In this document: positions 24,320-37,046 of the stretch, in pieces
How positions within the stretch are numbered: position 1 is the stretch's first letter
Layout of the letters: the number at the start of each line of letters is the position of its first letter
Assembly (NCBI GenBank): GCA_043228905.1
Contig: JBHGNT010000013.1
Location: 5,952,001 to 6,016,000 of the forward strand
Direction: 5' to 3'
Source of the DNA: Azolla caroliniana
Taxonomy: Eukaryota; Plantae; Polypodiophyta
Length of the DNA stretch: 64,000 nucleotides
Notes under the pieces: model-generated
The model's database searches: none
What the model saw: the letters and a program-made list of their open reading frames with translations, nothing else
Told to the model about the DNA's origin: nothing
Program-made: the position numbers and the translations under genes

Positions 24320-24876
24320 CTTTGACAGGAGCATCTGCCAAAGTAGGCGAGTAAGGGCATCAGCCTTCCCCATGGAAATTGATCAAGCCCGATTTCGGCC
24401 ATTGACTGATGCTGAACGACAATTTCGGCGGGCTAATGGCTTGTGCATGTATTGTGGCGCCTCCGGTCATGTCGTTCGCCTTTGTCCTAGGAGTACTCGC
24501 CCACAATTCCATCGAGCTAACGGGCCCCAACATCCGGAAAACGACATCGTTCGGTTGCAGTAGGAGCCATGCAACTTGACATCTCCCGTCGCCCACATTC
24601 TCTTGGTTCCATTGCCGGACCATCAGGCAATTTCACATTGGAGGTATGGCTTTCGTTTAACTCTACTTCCATTCAATCTGTTGCTTTTACTTGATTCTGG
24701 GGCATCTTCTTGCTTCATCGACGTCGCGTTTGCCCAAGCACATGGCGTACCTGTCGTTGGTCTCTCAAAACCCATTCCAGTTGAAGCCATCGACGGGTGC
24801 GTCCTCTCATCAGGTGCAATTACTCAAGCTACAATCCCATTAGGGCTTCGGGTGGGCTCACACCAGGAGGAGCTCG
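24320..24876 (+). pseudogene. Chromoviral gag Zn knuckle and protease fragment
   Basis: PMEIDQAR...CMYCGASGHVVRLC; LLLDSGASSCFID...PVEAIDG. Confidence 0.88.
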
Positions 24877-25039
24877 CCAAGAGTTCGAATCTTGACAGTC
24901 TCAATCCCGAGGATTTAAAAGTAATCCTCCCCTTCTTTACACTCTCCTTTAACCCTCACACTTATCCACGTGTATAGCATACTACGGTAAATTCTCACCA
25001 CGGGATATTATATGATCATGCCCGTAATATACTCCCCCT

Positions 25040-28000
25040 CTTTAAAACATTGCACTCTTGCAATGGAAAGTTAGGGAAGTTAGTTTTGAGAGTATTTTCG
25101 CGTTCCCATGTGGCATCTTTTATTGATTTATCCATCCATTTTATTTTAAATTCTCGGATTTCTTTAGTACGTAATTTTTTTTGTTTTAACATCGAGAATT
25201 TTTTCTGGTACATGTGGTTTAGAAGATAATTCTTCAGAAGTAACTAGAGTTTCAATTGTAACTATCTTGTCACTAGAACCTAGAAGTTCTTTTAGATGAC
25301 TCACATGAAAGATTGGATGAATTCCAACACCATCGGGAAGAGCGAGACGATAGGTTAATGATGCAATGCGTTTGAAGACTGTAAAAGGTCCACCAAACCG
25401 TGGGGCTAACTTAGCGAACTTACCCATAGACAATGTCTTAGAATTGTGAGGTACACGTAAAAATACATTCTGTCCAGGGTTGAATACACGAGGTTGCCTA
25501 TTATGATCGGCATAAAAATGCGTTCTATCTTGAGTTGTTTTTATATTATCTCATGCAATATGCAACATATCTTGCATATCCCGAAGAAATTTTTGCGTAC
25601 TTCGCAACTCATCATGATGTATATTAACATCAATCGGGGCTCGTGGCTGAAAACCATACATCAACATAAAAGGACTATATCCCGTCGACGTATGCTTGGA
25701 GCTGTTATAAGCAAACTCCAAATTTGGGAGATAACGTTCCCATTTTGTTGGTTTTGCACTAACATATGCTCAAAGCATGTCCTCAATAATTTGATTTACT
25801 CGTTCTGTTTGTCCATTGGATTGAGAATGATCCGTGGAGCCAATGCTCAACGTAGTTTCTAACTTCTTGAAGACTTGTGTCCAGAAGTCACTAGTAAACT
25901 TTGGATCTCGATCACTCACGATATCCATTGGCACCACATAAAAACGAAACATCTCGTCAATGAATTGGTAAGCCAATTCAGGAGCTATTACCGTGGTTTT
26001 AGTAGCAATAAATCTGGCCATTTTAGTTAGTCTATCAACCACAACAAAGATGGCATCATGGCCTTTTTGGGTGCGATGAAGGCTAACAATAAAATCCATG
26101 GATATACTTTCCCACTTATTTTTGGGAATGTCCAAGGGATACAAAAGTCTTGCGGCTTTAAGTCGCTCAGCTTTGTTAACTTGACATTGGTGACATTTAG
26201 TCACATAGCTATGTATGTCAGGACGCATCTTAGGCCAATAAAATTGAGTGGAGATGAGAACGATTGTACGATGTATTCCAGGGTGCCCTGCTGAGGGTGC
26301 ATCATGGCATTAAAAAAGAATCCTCTTTTTGACCTCGGGTGAATCTGGAACACAAACCTTCCCATTATGGTAGAGCACCGTTAGCAATGTGGGTGTATTC
26401 CTTTGAGGATGTGGTGGTGTCTATTCCAGACTCAACTCTTGCCCAGTATTTTGCAAAATGATTGTCATCAGGATACTTTCCTCGAAGGTGATCATAAAGA
26501 TCTGATGATATTTCAGTGAAGCTAAGCATGTTAACTTCACGGATGCGACTTAGTGCATCAGCGGCAGTGTTCATGGAACCTTTACGATATCGCATGGAAA
26601 AATCAAAGTCTTGGATGAGATCAGCCCATCGTGCCTTACGACCTTTTAGGTCTTGTTGGTCACAAAAATATTTCAAGGACTCGTGGTCCTTAGTTACCAC
26701 AAAGTGATTTCCATAAAGATAATGGCGCCATGTTTTAAGCACATGTATAACTGCAAATAATTCCTTTTCTTGGACAGTATACCGACATTGAGCAGAATCC
26801 AGTTTCTTACTCTTGAATGCTATTGGTTTACCATCTTGATATAAGACAACACCTATAGCATAATCGCTGGCATCGGTTTCAACCTCAAAAGATTTTGAAG
26901 GATCGGGTAAAAGAAGTGAAGGAGCCTTGCAAACCAAGTCCTTGAGTTCCTTAAAGGCGAGCTCTAGTGTAGCATTCCACACAATAGGTCTTGTAGACTT
27001 ACGTGTTTGACCTTTTAGAAGATCAATAAATGGCGTCGTCAATTGGGAGTAATTACGAAGGGATTTTCGCAAAAACCCGACAAAACTAAGGAATGATCGA
27101 ACTTCTCGAATATTCCGAAGAGTGGGCCAAAGCTTGATTTTCTCGATGCGAGAAGGATCAATTTCAACTCCTCGTTTGTAAAACAAAGTGGACATGTTTA
27201 GCATGTTCTTGTAATGTGCGGCTATAAACTAAAATATCATCCAAGAAAATAACAGCAAATTTTCCAAGTTGTTCTTGGAAAATGTCATTCATTTCTTGTT
27301 GAAATGTAGCCGGAGCATTGGTCAAACCAAAAGGCATAACCAAAAACTCATAATGGCCATAGCGCGTACGAAATGCCATTTTAGGAACATCGTCGTCACT
27401 TATACGAATTTGATGGTAGCCAGTACGGATATCAAGTTTTGTAAAATACCGAGCTCCCTAGAGACGGTCAATTAGATTGTCAGCCCGGGGCAATGGATAC
27501 GAATTCTTGATCGTCACTTTATTCAAGCGTCAATAATTAATACACATACGCCATGTGCCCTCTTTCTTTTTAACCAAGAGAACTGGTGCACCCCATGGAG
27601 ACTCACTATAACCTATATAACCCATTCATAAATAGTCCTTGAGTTGCTTAGATACCTCATCCTCTTCGGATCGACTTAAGCGATAAGGAGGTATACTTAT
27701 TGGTGCAACGCCAGGTACAATATCTATACGATGCTCTATATTACGTTTAGGAGGTAAACCATCTGGTAGTTCACTCGGAAAAACATCACAAAAATCATTT
27801 AAGATTTCATCAAGTTGTTGTTGTTCAATATATGTTAATTGAACCGAGACATTATCGATATTGTAAATGTGAATGTCCGGATCAAGTACACAATAAAATA
27901 GAGTAGAACAAGACAACTCGGATATTGATGGACACGAGGAAACAATCGAGGGGGATTGTTTTTTTACACATTGAATAAAATGAGTACAATCGTTCAGTAC

Positions 28001-29360
28001 AAATGTAATTGAATGATAAACCCAATCAATAGATAAAGAAGAGCTTTTATTATAGAACCAGGGATAACCGAGTATTACATCGGTGGTACAAAAATTCATT
28101 ACATGGAAGTCTACTTCCTCTATATAAGTATCAATAGAAATTCCTAATGAATGAATCACCCCGTTGATGTATTGTACTCTTCCATCAGCCAAGTGCACCG
28201 TGTAGGTGTGATCACTTACGGTGGGTTGAATTCCCCATATCTGAACCAAACAATCATTCACAAAGTTGTGTGAGCTTCCCGAATCAAATAAAAATTGTAC
28301 AGGAGATCCATTGATATACCCATTTGCATGTAGTAAATCATTGGGACCCAATACATAGTGAGGGAAAGAACATTGAAAATTACTTAAATGATGTGTATAG
28401 ACCTGAAGGACATTAGGAATCTGACCTTTATGGTCTACAACTTTAGCTTTGTTGTCGCGCTCTTTCCGTTGGAGCTTTCGACATTGATCTTTTGTATGAC
28501 CCGTCTTTTTGAAGAATATGCAAAAAGGATGTTGTCACTTACAATCACGATCCATGAGTTCGTTGGGTGTCTTGCGTTTCCCAACGAATTGCGACTGCTT
28601 AGTCCCGGGCACTTAGTTGGGTTTGTTGTGGTCCTTCTTCGAAGTGCATTGATAGCGAAGAACTATTTCAACGACCTCTTCGAAGGATTTTGGATCCTTA
28701 TTGTGCACTATCCAGTGATAGTCCGAATTGGGGATGCCATTGACAAAACAAGCTATTAACCAGTTGTCCCCTTCTAGACCTGATTTTTGGATTTGGGTTC
28801 TAGCATGGTGGACATAGTCTTCTAGCGAGGAAAACTTCCTGCTAGAGAGGTTCATTAAAGCTTGTGTTGCCTCGGTTCGAGATGGAGGTTGCAGAAATTG
28901 GCCCTTGAAAACTATGACAAAATCTGTCCAGGTATCGGGCAATTTCCCCAAAGTACGGAGCCCACGCCACCAGGCGGTGGCCTTACCCCCTAGTTCTCGG
29001 CCGACATATGCAATCTTCATACTATCTGGCATGGGATAGAGCTCAAAATGAGACTCCCATCGACCCATCCACGTGCAGATTGCTTCTTCGGTTCTTTCCT
29101 TTTTGTCTCCCGTAAATGGCTTAATGACAAACGATGGTTCACCCTGTTGCTCATTAGGTCTATTAGTCTCATGTTGTAGACTAATGACATGTGCCTCGAG
29201 AGCACTTTGAGATTGCCAAAGTTCGGTCATCTGTTGAGAGGTGAAACTAAGGTATTGGGTTATTTGCGAAAAATACATCTCAATGGACATTTGTCCAGGA
29301 GGATTCCCTTGAGTTCCTTCTACTTGAGCGGAGGACATCGGGTCGTTATTTTGAGCCATT
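25040..29360 (-). pseudogene. gag-pol: gag-pol pseudogene (gag, PR, RT, RH, INT, chromodomain)
   Basis: IKPFTGD...KATAWW; FLFDSGSSHNF; [28 protein letters not shown]; ETDASDYAIG; CHQCQ...WESISMDF; PEKILDVK...FKIKWMDKSIKDATWE. Confidence 0.93.
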
Positions 29361-32300
29361 AAATGATTATTTCTGGAAAAGAAATAGGATAAGGTCAGAG
29401 AGATAGTCATAACATCATGTCGTGATGTAAACCTATCATGGGCAAACATTAATCGATATCATGATCTCACGTCAATACCCCTCTAGACGTATGAGATGAG
29501 GTTCAAGATCAGGTTACTATGGTAACACAAAGGTGTTTTAAAAACCATGGGGGTGACAATTTAATGTCTTTCCCTAATCTCTATATCAATTTTTTCATGG
29601 CGGCTCCCCAAGGCTCAACCATGTATGTTTGCGTCATGAATAGTTTATACACGAAAAAAATGTTAACAATAAACTATGTTTCGGTGCCCACATATGTGGT
29701 TTTAGCTCTTTAAGTCCTATTACGAGGACCCCGAACTACACTTAGACCTCAAGTCTAAACATGTGTTATAGTCATATGTATCAATGATGTTGTATGGTCT
29801 TGGTCATATTTGAACTCGAGACCTCGAGACCTCGAGAACAAATGCATTAAACATTTGAGCCAACCAAGTAAGTTTCTCTTCTTGAATGTTTCATGCGTAT
29901 AAGACATATATGAGGCATTTGCCCATATCTGTTTTTTTAAAATAAACATATATGTCAAGAGTCCTTATTTCACCCTCATTTACTACAACTATGTTGGTAC
30001 GTTACCTAACGTCAAGTCTCGTAATTACGATGACATACACCAAAGTGCAACCTCATGGTCAAGCCAAATGAGCCCTCTTTTCGTAGTAGGCCCACGTGGC
30101 CCATCACATGGTCACGTCATTACGAATGCCTCTCGTAAGAATAATCTCATGGTGGCATCGTATCCATGTAATGAGGGAGGGATGTTGGATACGTGTGTCA
30201 TAAGAGCGATCTCACATGAAGTGGGTCAAACCCTACGTACTCAACATCATTATGGCTATTGGCGTTTCTTTACCCTAAGTCGCCAACGGGGATTTCAACA
30301 ATAAAAAATTGTTGATAAAAGGGATGGTAACAACACGATTCTCACAAAAATGTGAGGACGGCCACCAAGAACCTTTCTCCGAAAAGGAAAACATTCGATT
30401 TAAAATCACGTAATAACTTATATACACATATGTATATTATCACATATATACGATCAACTACGTATACACGTGACCACATATGCCTATATTAAAGAAATCG
30501 TCATATTTAATAGCAAAAAATGACGTAATCGAGATACGTAATCGAGGCATATACCTCTATGCACACGAGATATCCAAAAATAAGGGTTCAACGTAATACG
30601 CAATTGAGGTATTAACCTCTTACGCATACGAGACCAAACGCATATCATTTACAACAAAATCGAGGTGTTGACCTCATACGCAAACGTAACATATGTTCGT
30701 GAACGTAATACGTAATTGAGGTATTAACATCATACACATACGACACTCATCACATATTATTTATATGTCAAACGAGGTGTTGACCTCGTGCACATATGTA
30801 AGCGTTTTAGATAACCAATTAAATATCACTACAACATCATTTAATTAATGAAAATAATCTACATATTAACCATACACATGATTAGATAGGAGAAGAAAAA
30901 TAGACAAAAAATAACAAGAAAGATTACCAAAGTTCCTTGTTGATCCTTGTCTACATGAAGGCCAACCGCACAACGATCGATTGCCATCCATCGAGAAGAT
31001 GAGACCAACAAAAGAAACATTAGTACATAGGCTCGGATACCAAATATTAGAGACATGTACTAAAGTAAGCATTAGATAAGGATAGATCTAGGTAGATAGA
31101 AAGAAAGGAGAGAGAGAAAGAAGGATGCCGATCCACCCGACCACCCCCGAGCGAAGGGATCGAGACGGACTCGAACCTCGATCAACATCCCATACCACCG
31201 TCGTGGCGTCGAGTCATACCTGATGCTGGCGCGCTCGCTACAAGAGTTGATCCACCACAAGACAAAGTCTCGACGTAGTCAAAAAGATGATCAAATGAGG
31301 GTAGTTAGGCCTCTGATTTATAGCGATACCCAAGGCCCCCAGGCAAGTTCACACTTGGCCTAATGGGTTGTGTCAATCCCGAGGATTTAAAAGTAATCCT
31401 CCCCTTCTTTACACTCTCGTTTAACCCTCACACTTATCCACGTGTATAGAATACTACGGTAAATTCTCACCACGGGATATTATATGGTCATGCCCGTAAC
31501 ATCACTGATGGTAAATGACTTCACAGGTGGCAACGGTAGCGCCTCGGTATTCAGCCTCAGTGCTTGAAAGGGCCACTGTTGGCTACTTCTTCCTGCTCCA
31601 CGCAATAGTTGCGCTACCAAGGGAAAACTGGTAACCGGAAGTGGATCAACGATCCGATGCATCACCGGCCCAATCGGCATCGGTGTATCTGACTAGCTCT
31701 TCAGTTATACCACACCGGTATAACAGTCCCCGGTCCTTCGTGCTGCTCGGATATCACAATATTCGATGTGCGCACTGAAGGTGCTCCATGGTTGGCTTCT
31801 GCATGAACTAGCTTATCACTCCGACCGGATAACTGATCTCGGGTCGGATGATTGTCAAGTATATCAGGCAAAAAACTAGATTAGCAAAAACTTAGAAGAT
31901 AAGCGTACACGGTGTCAGGAATAGTACTAAAACAGAGAGAGAATTAGTACTGTAGAAAGGAAGTACTATTAGTACTAAGAGGACGGGACTGCAAAAGATT
32001 GCCAAGAGAGGAAGGGAGAAGAGGAGAGAGAGAGAGAGAGAGATGATGATAACACATGATATATTATATAAAGAGTAAGTACTAATGGCTATGAGGCTTA
32101 AGACTGGCGTTGAACCAATTTGGTTCAAAATAATGCCTATTGCCTCCTTTTAGAGTGTTCTCAGGAGTAGTCCTGAAGCTTCTAGAATGTTCCAGAGAAA
32201 TCTGGAATATACATTAATTTCCTATAATAAATCTTAAATGAAAATAATATCTTATATATTACAATAGATGGTATAATGGTGAAGAGCTTCACCCATATAA

Positions 32301-34655
32301 CATAAGGTCATGGGTTCGAGTCTTGCCATATCATGACACTATCCCCCTTTTAAGATGACGAGTGTAACGAGTTGGTGTTGATTGAGGACCGGGTTTGTCC
32401 GGATATTGTCGGTGGAAATCAACAAGAAGATCCTGAGAATTGGCAACATGCTTGACGGGTTCCCAAGTACGTTCTCTTGGACTATTGCCGAGCCAATAGA
32501 CCAAATAATAAAGTTTGTTGGAACAAATTTGGAGTCGAGGACAACAACAAATTCATACTCCAGGCCAACGTCCAACTCAAGCGGGGGCGGCAGCGGTGTA
32601 ACACGATCGGGAATAGTGTTTGCTTTATAAAGTTCAAGAAGAGAAATGTGGAAGACCGGATGTATCTGAAGATGCGGAGGGAGATCAAGGTAGAACGTGA
32701 CATCATTAACCTTACCGGTAATACGGAAAGGATCAAGTTGTCAATAATCCAACTTGTCACACGGTCGAGTAGTCTTGATGTGACGATGTAAGAGACATAC
32801 TCAATCTCCGATGGCAAAAGAGGAGGGAAGCCGATGATGATCTGCATAAGTCTTCTGTGTGTGTTGAGGATGATGAAGATGAGTAGAGAGATCCATATGG
32901 ATCTTGCGTAGCCTCTGCAAATGATCCTCGGCACAAGGATTGGTAGGTAGCTCCAAGGTGTCGATCGCTGACCAACGAGGGTGAGAACCAGTATAAGCAT
33001 AAAATGGGGAGATTTGAGTCGAGGAGTGAATAGCGTTATTATAAGCAAACTCCGCAAAGTGGAGAAGATCAGCCCAATCGTCCTATTGATAATTGAGAAA
33101 ACATCGAAGATATTGTTCCAGTGTTTGATATGTTCGTTCCGCTTGCCCATCGGTTTGGGGATGGTAGCCGGAGGAGAGGTTGCAAGAGACCTTGAGCATC
33201 TTGAAGAGATGCTTCCAAAATTTGGAGACGAATTGAGGTTCTTGGTCACTGATGATACTATGTGGGAGGCCATGATGCCGAAATACCTCACGCATGAAAA
33301 GGGTGGCGGTTTCCTCACTAGTGATGGCCTTAGTACACGGCACAAAATGTGCCATCTTAGTATATCGATTGACGACGGTTAAGATAGCATCGAAACCCTT
33401 CGAGAACGGCAGATCTGTGATAAAATCAAGACAAATAGACTGTCACGGCTTACTTGGAATCAGTAAGGGTTCCAACAAGCCATATGGATTATGTCGTGGC
33501 ATCTTTGCTCGGCAGCAAGCATCACAGGTCCGAACATAATCGTCGACAAAACGTCGCATATGGGGCCACCAAAAAGATCGTTGAACTAGATAGAACGTCT
33601 TAGTACTACCAAAATGTCCCGTTTTATGGGTGTCGTGGCAATTTTAGACGATTTAAAGGCGACAGGAGCAATCGGGAACATATACGAGCTTTTTAAAGAA
33701 TAATAAACCATCATGATATTTGAATTGTCGGTAGTCCATACTTGGTTGTTGAGATTGGGAATAGGATGCCCGAGAGGTATCAATGTGCGCTAGAATTTCT
33801 TGAACAAAATTGTCCGTCTTCAAGTTAGAACGTATGGCATCGATAATCCGGGACTCCATTGGGGTGTGAAAAATTTTCTTTGTGTGCAAACGTGTTGGTC
33901 CCAAGATTACCTGCTTTTGATTATCAAACGCTTGATCACCAGGACAAGGTGCAAGATATGAACGCCGTGATAGTGCATCTGCTTTTCCTTGCTGCTTCCC
34001 CAGTCGATATGTGATTTTGAAGTCAAAACGCGTGAGGATTTGGGCCCACCGAGCTTGCCGTTGATTTAGCACACGAGCGTTCTGGAATTAAGGAAGTTTT
34101 TGTGATCACTAAAGACGATGACCTAATGTGGAGAGCCCTCTAAGAAGTGCCGCCATTGCACAAATGAATCCACAATGGCTAATAACTCCTTGTCATGTAT
34201 TTCGTAGTTGATTTCCGTGGCATCAAATTTGCGCGAATTGAAAGCCACAAGATGTAACTCTTCTTTATCTCCTTGTTGAGAAAGGATGTTGTCGAGGACG
34301 AAATCCGATGCATCGGCCTCCATGATGAATGGCTTGTTTGTATCCAGATGATCTAGAATAGGAGCTGATGTAAAGGTTTTCTTAAGATGCCGAAAAGCCA
34401 TGTTTGCTTCATTGGACCAACGAAATGCCTATCCCTTCTTCGTAAGTTGTGTGAGAGGTAAAATAATCTTCGAGTAATCTTGTATAAACTTGCAGTAGAA
34501 GTTAGCAAAACCTAGGAAACATTGTACATCTCGTAATGACCGGGGAGTTTGTCACTCTAGCACAATTTTGACTTTAGTTGGATCCATGGAGATGCCCTTT
34601 GAGGAGATGACATAGCCTAGAAATTCCACTTCCTTGCAGTCAAAGCTGCATTTTT

Positions 34656-35678
34656 TGACGGGAACTGAACGCTCGTTATACGCAACACTCGGCCACAACC
34701 GAGCTTAGAATCATACACAGAAAACGGGAAAGGTGAAGATACAACACAAAGGAGAGAAAAGTACACAGGATGTTTACGTGGAAAACCCCAAACTAGGAAA
34801 AAAACCACGGCAACCCACATGCTGCAAACTATCACTATGCTAGAATGTACAACAGTGAGTTCACGGAGGCAACGACCTCGTGCTCACGATCTTCGCCACA
34901 GACGGCGGTTTCAACAGAGGCAACGACCTCGTTCTCTCTCTCTCTCTCTGTACATGGTTACGCACTCTCTCTCTTCTTGCACCAACCAGAAAATCAACAA
35001 CTAAAAGTTTGCCCTAAGTCATATTTATACTAATATGACTTTTCGACTATTTACAAATATAGCCTCGATGGACTCTCAGAAACATATTTACGAATATGTC
35101 TCTCCATCCGATGAGCACTCCTCGCCGGGTCTGCACCATCCGGCTCTCCGTAGCCAGGTACTCCTCATCCGGTTCTCACCGGGTCTGCACCATCCGGCTC
35201 TCCGAAGCCGTGTACTCCTCATCCGGTTCTCACCGGGTCTGCACCATCCGGCTCTTCATAGCCGGGTACTCCTCATCCGGTTCTCACCGGGTCTGCACCA
35301 TCCGGCTCTCCGTAGCCGGGTACTCCTCATCCGGTTCTCACCGGGTCTGCACCATCCGGCTCTCCGAACCCGTGTACTCCTCATCCGGTTCTCACCGGGT
35401 CTGCACCATCCGGCTCTCCGTAGCCGGGTACTCCTCATCCGGTTCTCACCAGGTCTGCACCATCCGGCTCTCCGTAGCCGGGTACTCCTCATCCGGTTCT
35501 CACCGGGTCTGCACCATCCGGCTCTCCGTAGCCGAGTACTCCTCATCCGGTTCTCACCGGGTCTGCACCATCCGGCTCTCCGTAGCCGGGTACTCCTCAT
35601 CCGGTTTCGGCCTCGGCCGAGTTTTCTCATCAGCACTGTTCTTCTCCCTTCCCATCAGGAGGGACCTGTCTCCCAACA
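34656..35678 (-). mobile_element. Solo LTR related to the copia LTR at 2173-2818, inserted in chromovirus RT
   Basis: Shares ACGTGGAAAACCC, GGCAACGACCT, GCCCTAAGTCATATTTATAC and the GGAGGGACC...TCCCAACA end; splits host LYDKLE|KCSFDC; approximate TSD TTTTT/TATTT. Confidence 0.85.
35125..35606. repeat. 54-bp tandem repeat x9 in U3 of the solo LTR
   Basis: CCGGGTCTGCACCATCCGGCTCTCCGTAGCCGGGTACTCCTCATCCGGTTCTCA. Confidence 0.97.
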
Positions 35679-37046
35679 TATTTCAAGTTTGTCATAAAGA
35701 CCATTCTCTCGGAGTCGTCTTAGTACTAATAGTACATGAGAATCATGCTCTTCCTGGGTCTTCGAATAAATCAATAGATCATCCAGATAGATGATCAAAC
35801 AGATATCCAAGAGGTCTCTGAATATATCATTTTCCATGTGCTGGAATACTGCGGGTGCATTGGTTAGACCGAACGGCATAACGGTATACTCGAATATTAA
35901 TCCATCATGACATTTGAATTGTTGATAGTCCATACCTAGTTGTGACTTTGAACAAGTTGCCTGCGAGGAATCAATTTGCGCTAAAATGGATTGAACAAAA
36001 GCATCTGTCTTCAAGTTTTTACGTATGGTCTTGATAATATGGGAATCCAATAGAGTGTCACAAACCCACGATGCTTGTAGCCGTGTTGATCCCAGGATTA
36101 CTTGCTTTTTATTATCGTTTGTTGGATCACTGGGATAAGGTGCTAGATACGAGCGTTGTGATAATGCATCTGCCTTTCCTTGCTGATTTCCAAGATGATA
36201 TGTAATTTTGAAGTCGAAGCGAGTGAGGAATTGGGTCCATCGAGCTTGTCAGCGATTTAATACACGAGCATTGTGGAAATAGGAAAGGTTTTTGTGATAC
36301 TGAATACGGTGACTTGATGAGAAGATCCTGCTAGAAAATTCCTCCATTGTGTAAAAGAGTCCACTATTGCTAATAACTCCTTGTCATGTATCTCATAGTT
36401 GATTTCTACAACGCCAAACTTACGCAAGTGGAAAGCCACTGGATGTAGTTTTTCATCATCACATCAAGGTGATGGAATGCTACCAAGGGCGAAATCCAAT
36501 ACGTTTGCCTCCATGATGAACGATTTTTCGGATCAACATGAGCTAGAATAGGAGCTGATGTAAATGCTTTCTTAAGACTTACAAAAGTTGTGTCTGCTTC
36601 CTTAGACCAAACAAATGCCTGCCCCTTCTGGTAAGCTGTGTAAACAACAAAACAAGCTTTGAGTAGTCCTGTATAAACCTGTGGTAGAAATTTACGAAGC
36701 GTAAAAAACATTGCACATCTCGCAACGAACGGAGGGGAGTCTACCACTCTACCACCGTTTTGACCTTAGCTGGATCCATAGAGATGCCTTCCTAAGAGAT
36801 GACAGAGCCTAGAAATTCCACCTCATTGTAGTCAAAACTACATTTTTCTAGTTTTGCATAAAGAACATGTTCTTGAAGTCGTTTTAGTACTAATAGTACA
36901 TGACAATCATGCTCTTCTTGAGTCTTCAAATAAACTAGTAGATCATCCAAATAGATGATCAAAAAAATATCCAAGAGATCTTCGAATCTATCATTTGCCA
37001 TTTGTTGGAAGACCGTTGGCGCATTGGTGAGACCAAATGGCATAAC

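Larger units (their letters stand above)
22950..24897. mobile_element. Chimeric non-autonomous insertion: LTR, PPT, chromodomain scrap, tandem repeat, inverted gag-PR fragment, 21-bp LTR tip
   Basis: TGTCA...TGACA ends; perfect TSD GTCTC (22945-22949 and 24898-24902); LTR 22950-23374 related to 17912-18265. Confidence 0.85.
22620..31501 (-). mobile_element. Plant-type chromovirus with tRNA-Met PBS, both LTRs and a long 5' leader
   Basis: 5' LTR 31045-31501; 3' LTR 22620-22949 plus 24898-25029; PBS TGGTATCCGAGC 31042-31031; PPT AAAGAGGGGGAGTA; degenerate TSD TCGCC/TCACT. Confidence 0.92.
17060..31912 (-). mobile_element. Internally deleted copia element split by nested insertions; pieces at 17060-17911, 22124-22619 and 31502-31912
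   Basis: RT end and RNase H (LIYLTIIRPEISYPVG...YTDADWAGDASDR*STSGY...VALSSTEAEY) at 31502-31870 continue as RRLLQDL...CDNISSIQLAKNLVFHARTKHI...ADIFTKPL at 22330-22619. PPT at 17504-17515. Segment 31871-31912 matches the LTR at 17121-17163. Confidence 0.85.

Noticed and set aside
24535-24563. GGAAAAC -1 frameshift or TAG readthrough signal
   Set aside because: Plausible, but this decayed fragment cannot distinguish the two mechanisms.
32262-32330. Functional tRNA genes here and at 41190, 53210 and 61920
   Set aside because: Acceptor and anticodon stems do not pair convincingly; reported only as tRNA-like promoter cassettes.
35035-35794. 220- and 232-aa repeat-protein ORFs
   Set aside because: By-products of a stop-free 54-bp repeat inside an LTR, open in several frames.
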